A stretch of 64,000 bases of DNA from an uncultured delta proteobacterium (GTDB lineage: Bacteria; Desulfobacterota; Desulfobacteria; Desulfobacterales; Desulfosalsimonadaceae). The stretch lies in the NCBI GenBank assembly GCA_963826785.1, contig CAWGYD010000006.1:192001-256000 (forward strand), given 5' to 3'. Numbering within the stretch: the stretch's first letter is position 1; every line of letters starts with the position of its first letter. Position numbers and translations under genes: made by a program. The notes beneath the pieces are model-generated. The model saw nothing but the letters and a program-made list of their open reading frames with translations, ran no database searches and was not told where the DNA came from. Of the stretch, positions 50,246 to 60,984 are shown one piece after another.

Positions 50246-51394
50246 TCAGCGCCGGCCCTGCCGCAGCCCTGCGACGGCCCCGGCCACCACTTCGATGGCC
50301 CGGTCGATTTCCGCTTCCGTGGTCATTTTCCCCACTGAAAAACGGACCGTTCCTCTGGCCCACTGATTGTCAATGCACATGGCGGTGAGCACGTGGGAGA
50401 TCTCCACCGAGTCGGCATGGCAGGCGGCGCCTGCGGATGCGGCCACATCGAGGCCGATCTCTTCGAGAATCCGGTTGGCATCCAGACCGTAAAAGGAAAG
50501 GCTTAGTGTATTGGGCAGCCGGTTTTCCGGGTGGCCGTTGAGGCGAACCGATGAAACATTTTCTTTGATTCCGGCAAACAGGCGATCCCTTAAGCGCCGC
50601 ATGCGGTGCGCATTGACGTTCAGATCCCGGCGGGCAATTTCACAGGCTTTTCCCAGGCCGGTGATTTCAAGCACGTTTTCCGTACCGGCCCGGCGGCCAC
50701 TCTCCTGGCCCGCCCCGTGGCAGAAGGGTTCCAGCATAAGCCCGCCCCGCACATAGAGGGCCCCGACGCCTTTGGGGGCGTACAGTTTATGCCCGGCCAG
50801 GCTCAGCAGGTCCACTTCCAGGGCATTGACATCAACTTCGATTTTGCCTGCGGACTGGGCGGCATCGGTGTGCATCAAAATGTTTCGCCGGCGTGCGATC
50901 CTTGCGATATCGGCCACCGGCTGAATCACGCCGGTTTCGTTGTTGGCGTGCATGATGGAAACGAGTATGGTCCCCGGCCGGATGGCCGCCTCAAGATCGG
51001 CGATGCCGACCCGGCCGTCCGCATCCACCGGCAGATAAGTGGTTTCAACCCCTTCGGTTTCAAGGTACCGGCAGACATTGAGAACGGCAGGATGTTCGAT
51101 GGCCGAGGTGATGATGTGATTCCCCCGGGTTTTCATCCCCCGGGCGATGCTCTTGATGGCGTGGTTATTGGATTCGGTCCCCCCGCTGGTGAACAGGATC
51201 TCTTCCGGGCGGCACCCCAGCAGACCGGCGGCCTGGGCGCGGGCGGTCTCCACCGCCTGCCGGGGCGCAATCCCGTAATAATGTCCGCTGGAGGGATTCC
51301 CGAACTCGGTTTCCAGGTACGGTCGCATGGCCGCGATCACTTCCGGATCATGGGGCGTGGTGCCGTTATAATCCAGATAGATGGGGCGTCTCAT
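50246..51394 (-). CDS. Cysteine desulfurase / selenocysteine-lyase-like PLP enzyme
   Basis: YLDYNGTTP, AGHKLYAPKG (Lys intact), SAGAACH. Confidence 0.9.
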   Translation of the reverse strand: MRRPIYLDYNGTTPHDPEVIAAMRPYLETEFGNPSSGHYYGIAPRQAVETARAQAAGLLGCRPEEILFTSGGTESNNHAIKSIARGMKTRGNHIITSAIEHPAVLNVCRYLETEGVETTYLPVDADGRVGIADLEAAIRPGTILVSIMHANNETGVIQPVADIARIARRRNILMHTDAAQSAGKIEVDVNALEVDLLSLAGHKLYAPKGVGALYVRGGLMLEPFCHGAGQESGRRAGTENVLEITGLGKACEIARRDLNVNAHRMRRLRDRLFAGIKENVSSVRLNGHPENRLPNTLSLSFYGLDANRILEEIGLDVAASAGAACHADSVEISHVLTAMCIDNQWARGTVRFSVGKMTTEAEIDRAIEVVAGAVAGLRQGRR

Positions 51395-51411
51395 AATACC
51401 GTTATATACCG

Positions 51412-51861
51412 TTACTGCACCGTTTCAAATGACTGAATCGTAATTTCCAACCCTTCGGGCATGGGCGGGGGTTCGCTGCCCCTGGCATAGATCAGGGCCA
51501 CGTCCTTGAAATTGAAATCTTCATCGCCTCCCACCGCCAGATAGCCGATGACATCCTTCTGATCATCGATCTTTTCCACATCCGGAGATACAAACCATTT
51601 TCCCATGATCCACTGATCTCCGCATGTCTTGCAGCCGCCGGTGACCACCACATTTTTAACGTCCACCGCACCCACGTTCTTGACCCGGCCGCGTGCTTCG
51701 ATGGTCCAGCTGGTGTCGCTGAACTTTCGCACTGAAAACTGCTTGTCTGCGACAACGACCTTTCCTTCCGCTTTCGCTGTCTTCTCACAGGATGCCGTTC
51801 CCAACCCAATCAGTGAAACTGCGATCAGCAGCGCGATCTGCCGAATGCCTGAAATTCTCAT
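51412..51861 (-). CDS. Hypothetical lipoprotein with CxxC
   Basis: TASC lipobox, GGCKTCG; GGGAGG RBS. Confidence 0.65.
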   Translation of the reverse strand: MRISGIRQIALLIAVSLIGLGTASCEKTAKAEGKVVVADKQFSVRKFSDTSWTIEARGRVKNVGAVDVKNVVVTGGCKTCGDQWIMGKWFVSPDVEKIDDQKDVIGYLAVGGDEDFNFKDVALIYARGSEPPPMPEGLEITIQSFETVQ

Positions 51862-52335
51862 GTCCGCCCTCCCCTATGATGGTTTCGTGTCTGATTTCAT
51901 TTAATGTATAAAAGGCATATGCGCCGCTTCTATGATGAAAGATGATCCCGGACGGTGAAGAACGCAAAATTCGGTTATCGTTTGCAATTAGTATTAAAAC
52001 CGATCTTCGTTCATTGTCAACGAAAACAAAACCGGCATGCATTATGAGTGAAGTCACTTTTCTCCTGCGGATATCTCTTCCTTCGATCAAATTTCCTAAT
52101 AAATAATTTGACTTGCGTGCTTTTCACCGGTATAAATACCCCAGCCGATTTGATGTTGAAGATGCGAAACTCCGGACACGGCCGCCAGGACCGTCATCCG
52201 GCAGATGTGTCAGTCGATCTTTACATAAGGCGAATCCCCCCCGCCAGCCATTTTCCCACGCTTGACTGATCCCAAGAGGGGGCATAGCCTTACCATGATT
52301 TTTCCGGAAGAATTATCACTGCGAGGGGAGTGTAC

Positions 52336-55191
52336 ATGATTCAGGAAAGCATGATGAAATTTTTACGCCTGACCCGCCCGCCAAAAGAAGGCGAGTCCGT
52401 GGCGGGCAAAATGGATGCGGTGCCGGCTCACGATCATCTGCAGTTTCAGTCCATACTTGACCACATCGACCAGGGAATCATCGCCGTTGATGCCCGCGGA
52501 AAAATCCTGTCCATCAATGCCGCCGCCTGCGTGTTATTTGACCTCGAACCTGAACGTCCGACCGCTTCCATCGACGAACTGGCCGACACCTGCGAACTTT
52601 TCGATGAATCCGGAAACATCATTGCCCCCCACCTCTGGCCGCATACGGAAATCCTCAAAGGAGAACTGTATCCCGCCCAGAATCTGAAGGTTGCGCACAA
52701 ATCCCAGGCCAAATCGCACATCGTCCGATTTACCGGCATGCCGGTCATGAATGATAACGGGGAGCCGGTTCTGGCGGTGATCACCATGCGCGACATTTCC
52801 CGGGATGTCCGGGTGACGGAAATGCTGCGAAATACCCGCAACCGGCTTGCCGCCATTCTGTCGAGCATTCAGGAGGGCTTTATCGTTCTGGACAGGGAAT
52901 GGCGGCTTACCTACATCAACAGCTCGGCGGCCCAGTTGCTGGATTCCACCCCTGACGAAATGAACGGCCGCATCATCTGGGAGGCTTTTCCCCAGTTTTC
53001 GGACACCACCTTTGCCCAGCAGTTTCTTGCGGCGGCGGAAAAACAGGAACTGACCCGTTTCGAGGCGTACTACCCGCCCACGGCCCGCTGGCTCGAATGC
53101 CGCTGCTATCCCGTTCCCGGCGGTCTGACCGTCCTGTTTACGGACAACACCGAACAGCGCCGCCTCAAAGAAATGCTGAAAAACCATAAAGACCAGCTCG
53201 CCGACGTACTGGAAGGAAGCAACGACGGATACTGGGTGTGGGACCTGACCACCGGAAAAGTTGAAGTTTCGCCCCGGTTCCTGGAGATCCTCGGAATGGA
53301 GCAGGAAGATCTTACCCTGGAATACGAGATACTCTATGAAACTGCGCACCCGGAAGACATAGCGGAATTGAAGGAGGCAATCACGGGGGCGCTCAAGGGA
53401 GAAGAAGGGGACCGCTATGAAGCCGAACACCGGATGCGCCATGACGAGGGAAATTACCTGTGGGTTTTCAACCGGGGAAAGGTGACCCGCCGGAACGAGA
53501 AGGGGCGCGCCGTGAGAATGAGCGGGACCATCACCGATGTCACCGACCGGGTTTATGAAAAGGAGCTGCTCGCCTTGAGCGAAGAACTCGCCAGGGGGCG
53601 CCTGTCTGAAATCGAGGCGATTTATCAGTCCGCACCGGTCGGTTTATGCGTCTTGGACAAACGGATGCGCTACATCCGCATCAACGACCGTCTGGCCGAA
53701 ATCAACGGCATCGAGGCCAAGGAGCACATCGGCAAAACCATCCGGGAAGTGCTTCCCGAAACGGCAGATGCGACCGAGCCCCAGTGCCTGAAGGTGATCG
53801 AAACCGGAATGCCGGTGCTCAACGTGGAAATCAGCGGCGAAACGCCGGCCCTGCCGGGGGTGATGCGCTACTGGATGGAGCATTTCTTTCCCTTGCAGAC
53901 CCCGGATGGAAAAATACTGGGCATCAATGTGGTGGTGGAGGACATCACCCAGCGCAAACATGCCGAAGCGCAGCTCAAATCATTAAACGCCACCCTGGAA
54001 TTGCGGGTCAGGGAGCGCACACAGGAACTCCAGTCTTTGAATGCGGACCTGCAGAAACGCTCCCGCCAGCTCCAGAGCCTGACCCTGATGCTTTCGGAAA
54101 CCGAAGACAATGAGCGCCGCCGGCTGGCAGAAATTCTCCATGACGACCTCCAGCAGCTACTGGCTTCGGCACGGCTTCACCTGGGACGGCTGGACACCTG
54201 GGCACAAACCGACAAGAAAGCGGAGGATATCTTAAAGCAGGTCAACGACATCCTGGCCGATTCCCTGAAGAAGACCCGGAATCTGTCCCATGAATTAAGC
54301 CCGGCCATTCTCGGCCGGAACAGCCTCGCCGAGGCACTCGCGTCTTTGTGCAAAAAAATGCATAGCAAACATGCCCTTTCCGTGTCGCTCGACGCCGATG
54401 AAGATGCCGAACCGAGCACCCTCGCGCTCAAAACATTTCTGATCAAGTCGACAAACGAACTGCTGTTCAACGTGGTCAAACACGCGGGTGTCGATCATGC
54501 GCAGATCAGAACCCGGCGGACATCTAATGGCATTGAAGTGTTTATGTCCGATGACGGGAACGGATTCGACCCGCAATGCCTTCAATCCGGCGGCGGCAGG
54601 GATGTCGGAATCGGCCTGCTGAGCCTGAGGGAACGCATCAGCCTGATGGAAGGCCACCTGCACATCGACAGCGCACCGGGACGGGGATCGCGCTTTACCC
54701 TCTTTGTTCCCGATTCGGCAAAGAAATGCCCCGAAACCGACCCTGCACAACCGGTCATATCCACTGAAATTTTTGCCCCCGGAGATGAAGACACGGGCTG
54801 CGGCGGAAATTATGCCATCCTGCTGGTGGACGACCACCAGATGGTCCGGCACGGTCTGAAGGATATCCTGCTGAAGCACCGGCAGATCGGGGTGGTATAT
54901 GAAGCGAAAAATGGCCGGGAAGCCCTCGAAATGGCCGAAAAACACCGGCCCGACCTGGTCCTGATGGATGTTTCCATGCCGCAGATGAACGGCATCGAGG
55001 CCACCTGCGCCATCAAGGAGCGGTGGCCCGACATGCGGGTGGCGGCCCTGTCCATGTATGATGAGCCCGATATCCGGGCCGCCATGCTCAAAGCCGGCGC
55101 CTGCGCATACCTGGACAAGTCCGGCCCCTCCGAACAAATCATAGAAGGCCTGCGCAAGGTGTTTGATTCCCCGGATCGAGCTGAGAACTGA
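52336..55191 (+). CDS. Hybrid multi-PAS histidine kinase (HisKA_3) with C-terminal receiver
   Basis: Four PAS-like repeats, ERRRLAEILHDDLQQ, NVVKHA, DDGNGFD, LLVDDH...LMDVSMP. Confidence 0.9.
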   Translation: MIQESMMKFLRLTRPPKEGESVAGKMDAVPAHDHLQFQSILDHIDQGIIAVDARGKILSINAAACVLFDLEPERPTASIDELADTCELFDESGNIIAPHLWPHTEILKGELYPAQNLKVAHKSQAKSHIVRFTGMPVMNDNGEPVLAVITMRDISRDVRVTEMLRNTRNRLAAILSSIQEGFIVLDREWRLTYINSSAAQLLDSTPDEMNGRIIWEAFPQFSDTTFAQQFLAAAEKQELTRFEAYYPPTARWLECRCYPVPGGLTVLFTDNTEQRRLKEMLKNHKDQLADVLEGSNDGYWVWDLTTGKVEVSPRFLEILGMEQEDLTLEYEILYETAHPEDIAELKEAITGALKGEEGDRYEAEHRMRHDEGNYLWVFNRGKVTRRNEKGRAVRMSGTITDVTDRVYEKELLALSEELARGRLSEIEAIYQSAPVGLCVLDKRMRYIRINDRLAEINGIEAKEHIGKTIREVLPETADATEPQCLKVIETGMPVLNVEISGETPALPGVMRYWMEHFFPLQTPDGKILGINVVVEDITQRKHAEAQLKSLNATLELRVRERTQELQSLNADLQKRSRQLQSLTLMLSETEDNERRRLAEILHDDLQQLLASARLHLGRLDTWAQTDKKAEDILKQVNDILADSLKKTRNLSHELSPAILGRNSLAEALASLCKKMHSKHALSVSLDADEDAEPSTLALKTFLIKSTNELLFNVVKHAGVDHAQIRTRRTSNGIEVFMSDDGNGFDPQCLQSGGGRDVGIGLLSLRERISLMEGHLHIDSAPGRGSRFTLFVPDSAKKCPETDPAQPVISTEIFAPGDEDTGCGGNYAILLVDDHQMVRHGLKDILLKHRQIGVVYEAKNGREALEMAEKHRPDLVLMDVSMPQMNGIEATCAIKERWPDMRVAALSMYDEPDIRAAMLKAGACAYLDKSGPSEQIIEGLRKVFDSPDRAEN

Positions 55192-55359
55192 ATACCCCTG
55201 CTTTCATTGCCCCGAGCGTTGACTTACGGGCAAAAAAAATAACGCCCTTTGCTTGCGTAAGGGAAATACCGGGGTTAAAATTATCAGTTGCAGGTGTTCT
55301 TTAATCAATTTGCGACCGTTTTCGAACGGCGCCGGATGCAATGGACGGAAATATTTTAA

Positions 55360-56727
55360 ATGAATGAAAATCCATCCCCGAAGGAGGATCTGCGCGACCG
55401 GGCGAAACAGATCATTGAAAAAAAGGCCGGCCAGCTGAGCAGCCGCTTCGGCGCCGATAAAGAGGCCCTGGTGGAGGAACTCAAGGCCTACCAGATCGAA
55501 CTGGAGGTCCAGGCGGAGGACCTCAGGCAGGCTCAGATGATGGTGAACATCACCCTCCGGCAGTACCAGGATCTCTATGATTTTGCGCCGGTGGCTTACG
55601 TCGGCCTGGACGGGGACGGAAAAATTCAGGAGGCAAACCTGACGGCCTCACGCCTGCTGGAAACCGAGCGCGACCGGCTCAAGGATCGCCCCCTGCGCCG
55701 GTTTGTGGATATTGAGGACACGGATGCCTTTCTTCTGTTTATACGCCAGATGATGAATGGCGGCATGCAGCGCATCATCGACATGCGGCTTTTCGTCCCC
55801 TCAGGCCGTCCGGTCTGGGTTCGGGTAAACGGCCGGTTCATTTCCGGTGCGCCGACGGGACAATCTCTGCTGCTGACGCTGACCGACATTACCGAGCAGA
55901 AGGAGGCCGAAGAAGCCCTCAAAAAGATGCGCGATGAACTGAGCGCCCGGGTGGCGGCCCGCACTGCGGACCTGGACCGGTCCGTCAGGGACCTGCGGAC
56001 CGAGATCGACCACCGCAAACAGGCGGAAACCGAACTGCGCCATTCCCGGGAAAATCTTCGGGACCTTTCCCATAAGACCCTGCTGATGCTGGAAAATGAC
56101 CGCAAGGCCGTGGCCCGGGAAATCCATGACAATGTCGGAGGCAGCCTGGCGGCCATTAAATTTTCCCTGGAGCACGCCATGGCCCGGTCGCCGGTCAATT
56201 CGGAACTCCTGCCCGATATGGAAAAGGCGATCGCCAATATCCAGACCACCATCAAACAGGTCAAACTCATGGCCGCAGGCCTGCGGCCCACCGTGCTGGA
56301 TGATCTCGGACTCGTCGCCACCATCAAATGGCTCTGCCGGCATTTGTCTGAAATCAATCCGGCGGTATCGTTTACCACAAATATCGACATCGCCGAACAG
56401 GAGATCCCCGACTCCCGCAAGATCCTGATTTACCGCATTCTCCAGGAAATCATGACCAATGCGGTGACCCACGGCAAGGGCGACAATGTTTTTCTTTCCC
56501 TGTCCGGCCCCAGCGGGGAACCCGACGGCATCATCGAGATCGATATCAGGGACAACGGAGACGGGTTTGACCTTCGGCCCTCCGAACCCGTGAAGGACCG
56601 GCTCACGGGATACGGTCTCACCACCATCCGCGAGCGGACTGAACTGGCCGGCGGATCATTTTTCATGGACACCCGCCAGGGCCATGGCACCCGCGTTCAC
56701 ATCACGCTGCCCACTGAAACCGCCTGA
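55360..56727 (+). CDS. PAS histidine kinase (HisKA_3)
   Basis: LYDFAPVAY, VAREIHDNVG, LRPTVLDDLGL, DNGDGFD. Confidence 0.9.
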   Translation: MNENPSPKEDLRDRAKQIIEKKAGQLSSRFGADKEALVEELKAYQIELEVQAEDLRQAQMMVNITLRQYQDLYDFAPVAYVGLDGDGKIQEANLTASRLLETERDRLKDRPLRRFVDIEDTDAFLLFIRQMMNGGMQRIIDMRLFVPSGRPVWVRVNGRFISGAPTGQSLLLTLTDITEQKEAEEALKKMRDELSARVAARTADLDRSVRDLRTEIDHRKQAETELRHSRENLRDLSHKTLLMLENDRKAVAREIHDNVGGSLAAIKFSLEHAMARSPVNSELLPDMEKAIANIQTTIKQVKLMAAGLRPTVLDDLGLVATIKWLCRHLSEINPAVSFTTNIDIAEQEIPDSRKILIYRILQEIMTNAVTHGKGDNVFLSLSGPSGEPDGIIEIDIRDNGDGFDLRPSEPVKDRLTGYGLTTIRERTELAGGSFFMDTRQGHGTRVHITLPTETA

Positions 56728-56935
56728 CGCGGGTTTTGATGCAAGCAACGCCTATTTGCTCTTGAAGTCGCCTGTTCACATGCTCTTCAGAAACTATTAT
56801 TGCTGAAATTGCAAAAATCCCTCATCGTTTTTCATGTTTTTTCCCTTCATTGACATCGCAGTCCACTTCGATTAACGTGTCCCCCATGAATTGATAACCG
56901 CGCCTTGAACCCCTATTTGAGAAAATCGTTATTTT

Positions 56936-58453
56936 ATGGCTTCGCATGAATTGAGCGGGTCTGACCGCGAATTTTTCGTACAGATCAGCCGGGCCGGGTT
57001 CATCAACCCGTTTTCCGAAGCCCGCGACGAAATCGATCTTGAAATTTCGGGACTGTCCCCATCCTCGCCCCGGCGGGAGCGGATTGAAAAAGTGGTGGCC
57101 GTCACCGCCGGCCGGATCGCCGCCCTGGAGCGGGAAGGACTGGCGAATATCAGCATGTACAGCGGCGAAGACCGCCGGCTGCTGGAGCGGGCTTTTCTGT
57201 TTGAGCTGTTCTACCGGTTCAAGGATCGCTTCGATCAGTTCATCGACGCCCAGATGCAGGCCGGCGACAGCCCGGTCAAGGTTCCTTTTTACAACGAGGC
57301 CATGGCCGTTCTGGAAAAACGGGGATTTGACGAAGAGGCCTGCCGGCGCTATATCGCACTGGGATTTCAATTCCGCCGGGCCTACTACTTCATCGACCGG
57401 AGTCTGGCCGGGACCAGCCCCTGCATGAAGGCCCTGCGGCTCAACCTGTGGAACAATGTCTTTACCCGCAACATCGATCTGTACGACCGTTTCCTGATCA
57501 ACCGGATGGAGGATTTTTCCACGCTGATTCTGGGAGAAACCGGCACCGGAAAGGGAACGGCCGCCTCGGCCATCGGCCGCTCGGGATTCATTCCCCTGGA
57601 TAAACGCAAAAAGCTGTTTGTGGAAAGCTTCACCCGCTCTTTTGTGGCCTTGAATCTCTCCCAGTTTCCCGAAACCCTCATCGAGTCCGCCTTGTTCGGC
57701 CATAAGAAAGGATCGTTTACCGGCGCGGTGGAGGATTACCAGGGGGTATTCGACCGGTGCAGCCCCTATGGGTCCATTTTACTCGACGAAATCGGTGAAG
57801 TCTCCAAACCCATCCAGATCAAGCTCCTCCAGGTCCTTCAGGATCGGGTATTCAGCCCGGTGGGGAGCCAGAAGGCCAACCGCTTCAACGGACGGGTGAT
57901 CGCGGCCACCAACCGCCCCCTGGACCGGATCCGGAAGGAAGGGCTGTTCAGGGATGATTTCTATTACCGCCTCTGCTCCGATATCGTCATGGTCCCGCCG
58001 CTGCGGCAGCGCATCGCCGAAGATCGAGCCGAACTCGATATCCTGCTCGGCATCACGGTCACCCGGCTGATGGGCAAGGCTTCTCCCGAACTGGTCCGCC
58101 TGGTCAAGGATGCCGTCAGCCGCCAGCCGGGGCCCGATTATCCCTGGCCGGGAAACGTCCGGGAACTGGAGCAGTGCGTGCGCCGGGTGCTGCTCAAGGG
58201 GATGTATGCGGGCGACAGCGCCATTGCCGAAACCGGTCTGGAAGGCCATCTGATCAGCGGCATCGAACAGGGAAATATCGATGCGGCCTCGCTCTTGTCC
58301 GGATACTGCTGTCTGCTCTACCAGCGGCACCAGACCTTCGAAGAAGTGGCCCGCCGCACCGGCCTGGACCGCCGCACCGTGAAAAAGTATATCCAGGACT
58401 GGACCAGTGGAGAAGTTGCCGCAGAAGAACCCGAAGCAGACCCGCAGGCCTGA
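56936..58453 (+). CDS. Sigma-54-dependent enhancer-binding protein with a non-receiver N-terminal domain
   Basis: GETGTGK, LFGHKKGSFTGA, LLDEIGE, FRDDFYYRL, WPGNVREL, C-terminal HTH. Confidence 0.9.
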   Translation: MASHELSGSDREFFVQISRAGFINPFSEARDEIDLEISGLSPSSPRRERIEKVVAVTAGRIAALEREGLANISMYSGEDRRLLERAFLFELFYRFKDRFDQFIDAQMQAGDSPVKVPFYNEAMAVLEKRGFDEEACRRYIALGFQFRRAYYFIDRSLAGTSPCMKALRLNLWNNVFTRNIDLYDRFLINRMEDFSTLILGETGTGKGTAASAIGRSGFIPLDKRKKLFVESFTRSFVALNLSQFPETLIESALFGHKKGSFTGAVEDYQGVFDRCSPYGSILLDEIGEVSKPIQIKLLQVLQDRVFSPVGSQKANRFNGRVIAATNRPLDRIRKEGLFRDDFYYRLCSDIVMVPPLRQRIAEDRAELDILLGITVTRLMGKASPELVRLVKDAVSRQPGPDYPWPGNVRELEQCVRRVLLKGMYAGDSAIAETGLEGHLISGIEQGNIDAASLLSGYCCLLYQRHQTFEEVARRTGLDRRTVKKYIQDWTSGEVAAEEPEADPQA

Positions 58454-58596
58454 CCGCCAAACCCGATCTTCCTTCTCCCCCATACCTCTCTTGTACATAA
58501 GCTGTGCACTGCGTGCTGCCCGAATTGAAACCCCGGTCAGCGCAAAGAAATCACATCACCTGAAGTTTAGCGCACTTGGAAAAAACCTGCATTGTT

Positions 58597-58612
58597 TGGC
58601 ACAACCCTTGTA
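58597..58612 (+). promoter_or_regulatory. Putative sigma-54 promoter
   Basis: TGGCACAACCCTTGTA, one mismatch to TGGCAC-N5-TTGCA, directly downstream of the activator gene. Confidence 0.55.
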
Positions 58613-58720
58613 TTCTTAATTGGGACGTTCAACCGGAAAAAGAATCCGTTGAACCGGTAACTTCCCATTTGAACAAAAAGGCGCACTTGCGCCTGCCACC
58701 CCCATGAAACAGGAGGAGAA

Positions 58721-58834
58721 ATGAAAGTACAGCAGATCATTATCAGGGATTTGGATGATATTCTGGCCGAACTGATGGAAGTACTGGCCCGGCTGAGCAG
58801 TTGGCGGCCCCTGGGCGACGAAATGCTTCGTTAA
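58721..58834 (+). CDS. Putative 37-aa small protein
   Basis: AGGAGG RBS; MKVQQIIIRDLDDILAELMEVLARLSSWRPLGDEMLR*; below the ORF-track size cutoff. Confidence 0.55.
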   Translation: MKVQQIIIRDLDDILAELMEVLARLSSWRPLGDEMLR

Positions 58835-59195
58835 TTTTCAATTCGACTCAGGCAAAAACACAAATAAGAGACAGACAACCGGCCCGGGATGCGCTTGCAT
58901 GCGATAAAAACCGCAATGGCATACCCTGGCCGGTGCCGTTTGTCCTGCTGCAGCCCTCCTGCATTTTCACGGTCCCACGTTAGATTTGGCGGTCATACCC
59001 GCGGAAAAATTCATTCATCAAAAGATAACCAACTGTTAATACAAATTTTTCAGCAAAAGAGAACTCACCCGATTTGTCATTTGCGATCAGGCGCCTATAA
59101 TGTTTAGGAAAACGGCGCCGTCCCGGTTTCAGGGAACGGCTATTTTGACTAACCTGCCCGGTTATTCCGGAGTGAAATGTCAGGAGGATCAGCAA

Positions 59196-60593
59196 ATGAA
59201 GAAATATGGTTTAATGATGATAATTCTTTTATTCGCCGCCCATGCGAATGCCTCAAACATCGACACCTTCGGCATCGGGTCGAAAGCCACGGCCATGGGG
59301 GGCGCCTTTTCGGCCTATGCGGATGACGTGTACGCTCCGTATTACAACCCGGCGGGATTGACCCAGATCAAAAATCCACAATTTTCCATCGGAGCGATTG
59401 TCGAATATCCCGATCTCAAGGTCCAAAACTTCGCCGTTCCGGCGCTGGGGATCGGCCCCACGGACGTGGAAGACGATTCCCCCGTTCTGCCCACGCCCCA
59501 TCTGGGTTTTGCCATGCCTTTAAATGACATGATCGGCATGGGAATTGCCGTGTATGCGCCTTTTGGCTTTGACCTGAAATGGCCCAAAAACCCGCAGGAG
59601 AATCCGGCCGCCTACAACGCGTTTGAATCCACCACCGCCCGCCTGGTGGCCACCCCCACCGTCGCCTTTAAATTCAGCGACATGTGGTCGTTCGGGGTGG
59701 GGGCATCTCTGGGCACCGCCCAAAACACGGCCAAACTCCAGTCATTTGACCTGGCGGCGCTCGGTACCGCCGCAACCGGAACACCGATCACCGCATATGA
59801 GGATGTGGACGTGACGGACGATTTCAACTGGTCCGTCAACGCCGGTGTCATGTTCAATCCCTCCGATGCGGTCACCATCGGCGTCACCTACCGCAGCCGG
59901 ACCAACACGAATTATGACGGCGACCTTACGTTCAAGGATCTCGACGCAGCCGAAGTCGCAGTTCTAAATGGATTGATCCAGGCCGGCTCCGGCGGAGCCG
60001 TCGCCGGGCTGACCAAGACCAAATTCGATGTCAGCCTGGACGGGCTTGATTTTCCGGATCAGGTCCAGGCGGGTTTGCGCTATCATGCCTGTGAAGATGT
60101 GTCCGTGGAGTTCGACGTGGTTTGGACCAACTGGGGCATTATCGACAATGAAATACTGACAATAGATGATCCCCAGCTGCAAACCGCGCTTGCGGCATTG
60201 TCCCAGCTGGGCGGAAATCCCACCACCGGCCAACAGATCGTCACCCCCCGGAACTGGAACGACACCGTGCAGATCAAAACCGGCATCGAATGGTGGTTCT
60301 GCGACAACTGGGCCCTTCGCGCCGGCTTCTTCCATGATCCCACGCCCATTCCCGACGACACCTTCGATGCGGTCTGGGCCGATGCAAATAAAAACGCCTA
60401 TTCCGTAGGGCTGGGCTATGTCCTCAATCAATGGACCATCGACACCGTCTTCCAATACACCAAGACCGAAGGCAAACGCTACATCGGCGGTGAAAGCGTG
60501 AATCTGAATGACTCCTTCGGCGGCGCCCCCGTTCAACTCGAAGCCAAGGGGCAGATCTTCGGCGGCGGGCTTACCGTGGGATATGCGTTCTGA
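59196..60593 (+). CDS. fadL: FadL/OmpP1 long-chain fatty acid/hydrocarbon outer-membrane transporter
   Basis: Signal peptide, AMGGAF..ADD...YYNPAGL, YAPFG, terminal GYAF. Confidence 0.88.
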   Translation: MKKYGLMMIILLFAAHANASNIDTFGIGSKATAMGGAFSAYADDVYAPYYNPAGLTQIKNPQFSIGAIVEYPDLKVQNFAVPALGIGPTDVEDDSPVLPTPHLGFAMPLNDMIGMGIAVYAPFGFDLKWPKNPQENPAAYNAFESTTARLVATPTVAFKFSDMWSFGVGASLGTAQNTAKLQSFDLAALGTAATGTPITAYEDVDVTDDFNWSVNAGVMFNPSDAVTIGVTYRSRTNTNYDGDLTFKDLDAAEVAVLNGLIQAGSGGAVAGLTKTKFDVSLDGLDFPDQVQAGLRYHACEDVSVEFDVVWTNWGIIDNEILTIDDPQLQTALAALSQLGGNPTTGQQIVTPRNWNDTVQIKTGIEWWFCDNWALRAGFFHDPTPIPDDTFDAVWADANKNAYSVGLGYVLNQWTIDTVFQYTKTEGKRYIGGESVNLNDSFGGAPVQLEAKGQIFGGGLTVGYAF

Positions 60594-60604
60594 TTTTGCT
60601 CTTC

Positions 60605-60643
60605 GTGAAATGTGGGAGGCGGTATCCGCCTTCCACATTTCAC
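60605..60643 (+). terminator. Hairpin after fadL
   Basis: GTGAAATGTGGGAGGCGG-TAT-CCGCCTTCCACATTTCAC. Confidence 0.6.
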
Positions 60644-60760
60644 ACATTCCCACTGTTCCGGTAAAAACTCGATTTAACCCTACCCATTGCCGCCATCCTT
60701 GACATTTCTCTTATTTTTCCCCATGTTTAAATACAACGATCGATAAGTTCACCTAATCTT

Positions 60761-60892
60761 GATGAAGCCGTAAAAAGTCGGATTTTACGCTTTCGTCATT
60801 CCGGCGGAGGCCGGAATCTATTACAAACTAAGTTGGTTATAGACTCCGGTTTTCACCGGAGTGACGAACTTCGGACTTTTTACGGGTTCATC
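60761..60892. mobile_element. 132-bp MITE, copy 2 (intergenic)
   Basis: TIRs match at 20 of 22 positions; flanks AATCTT/AATATT; near-identical to 8911-9042. Confidence 0.92.
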
Positions 60893-60984
60893 AATATTGC
60901 ATCTTAAATAGAGGATAGACGAAAACCATCTATTCGGGTTTTCGCCGGGCCACTAAAACTCAGAATGGCCGGTATTCGAAACCA

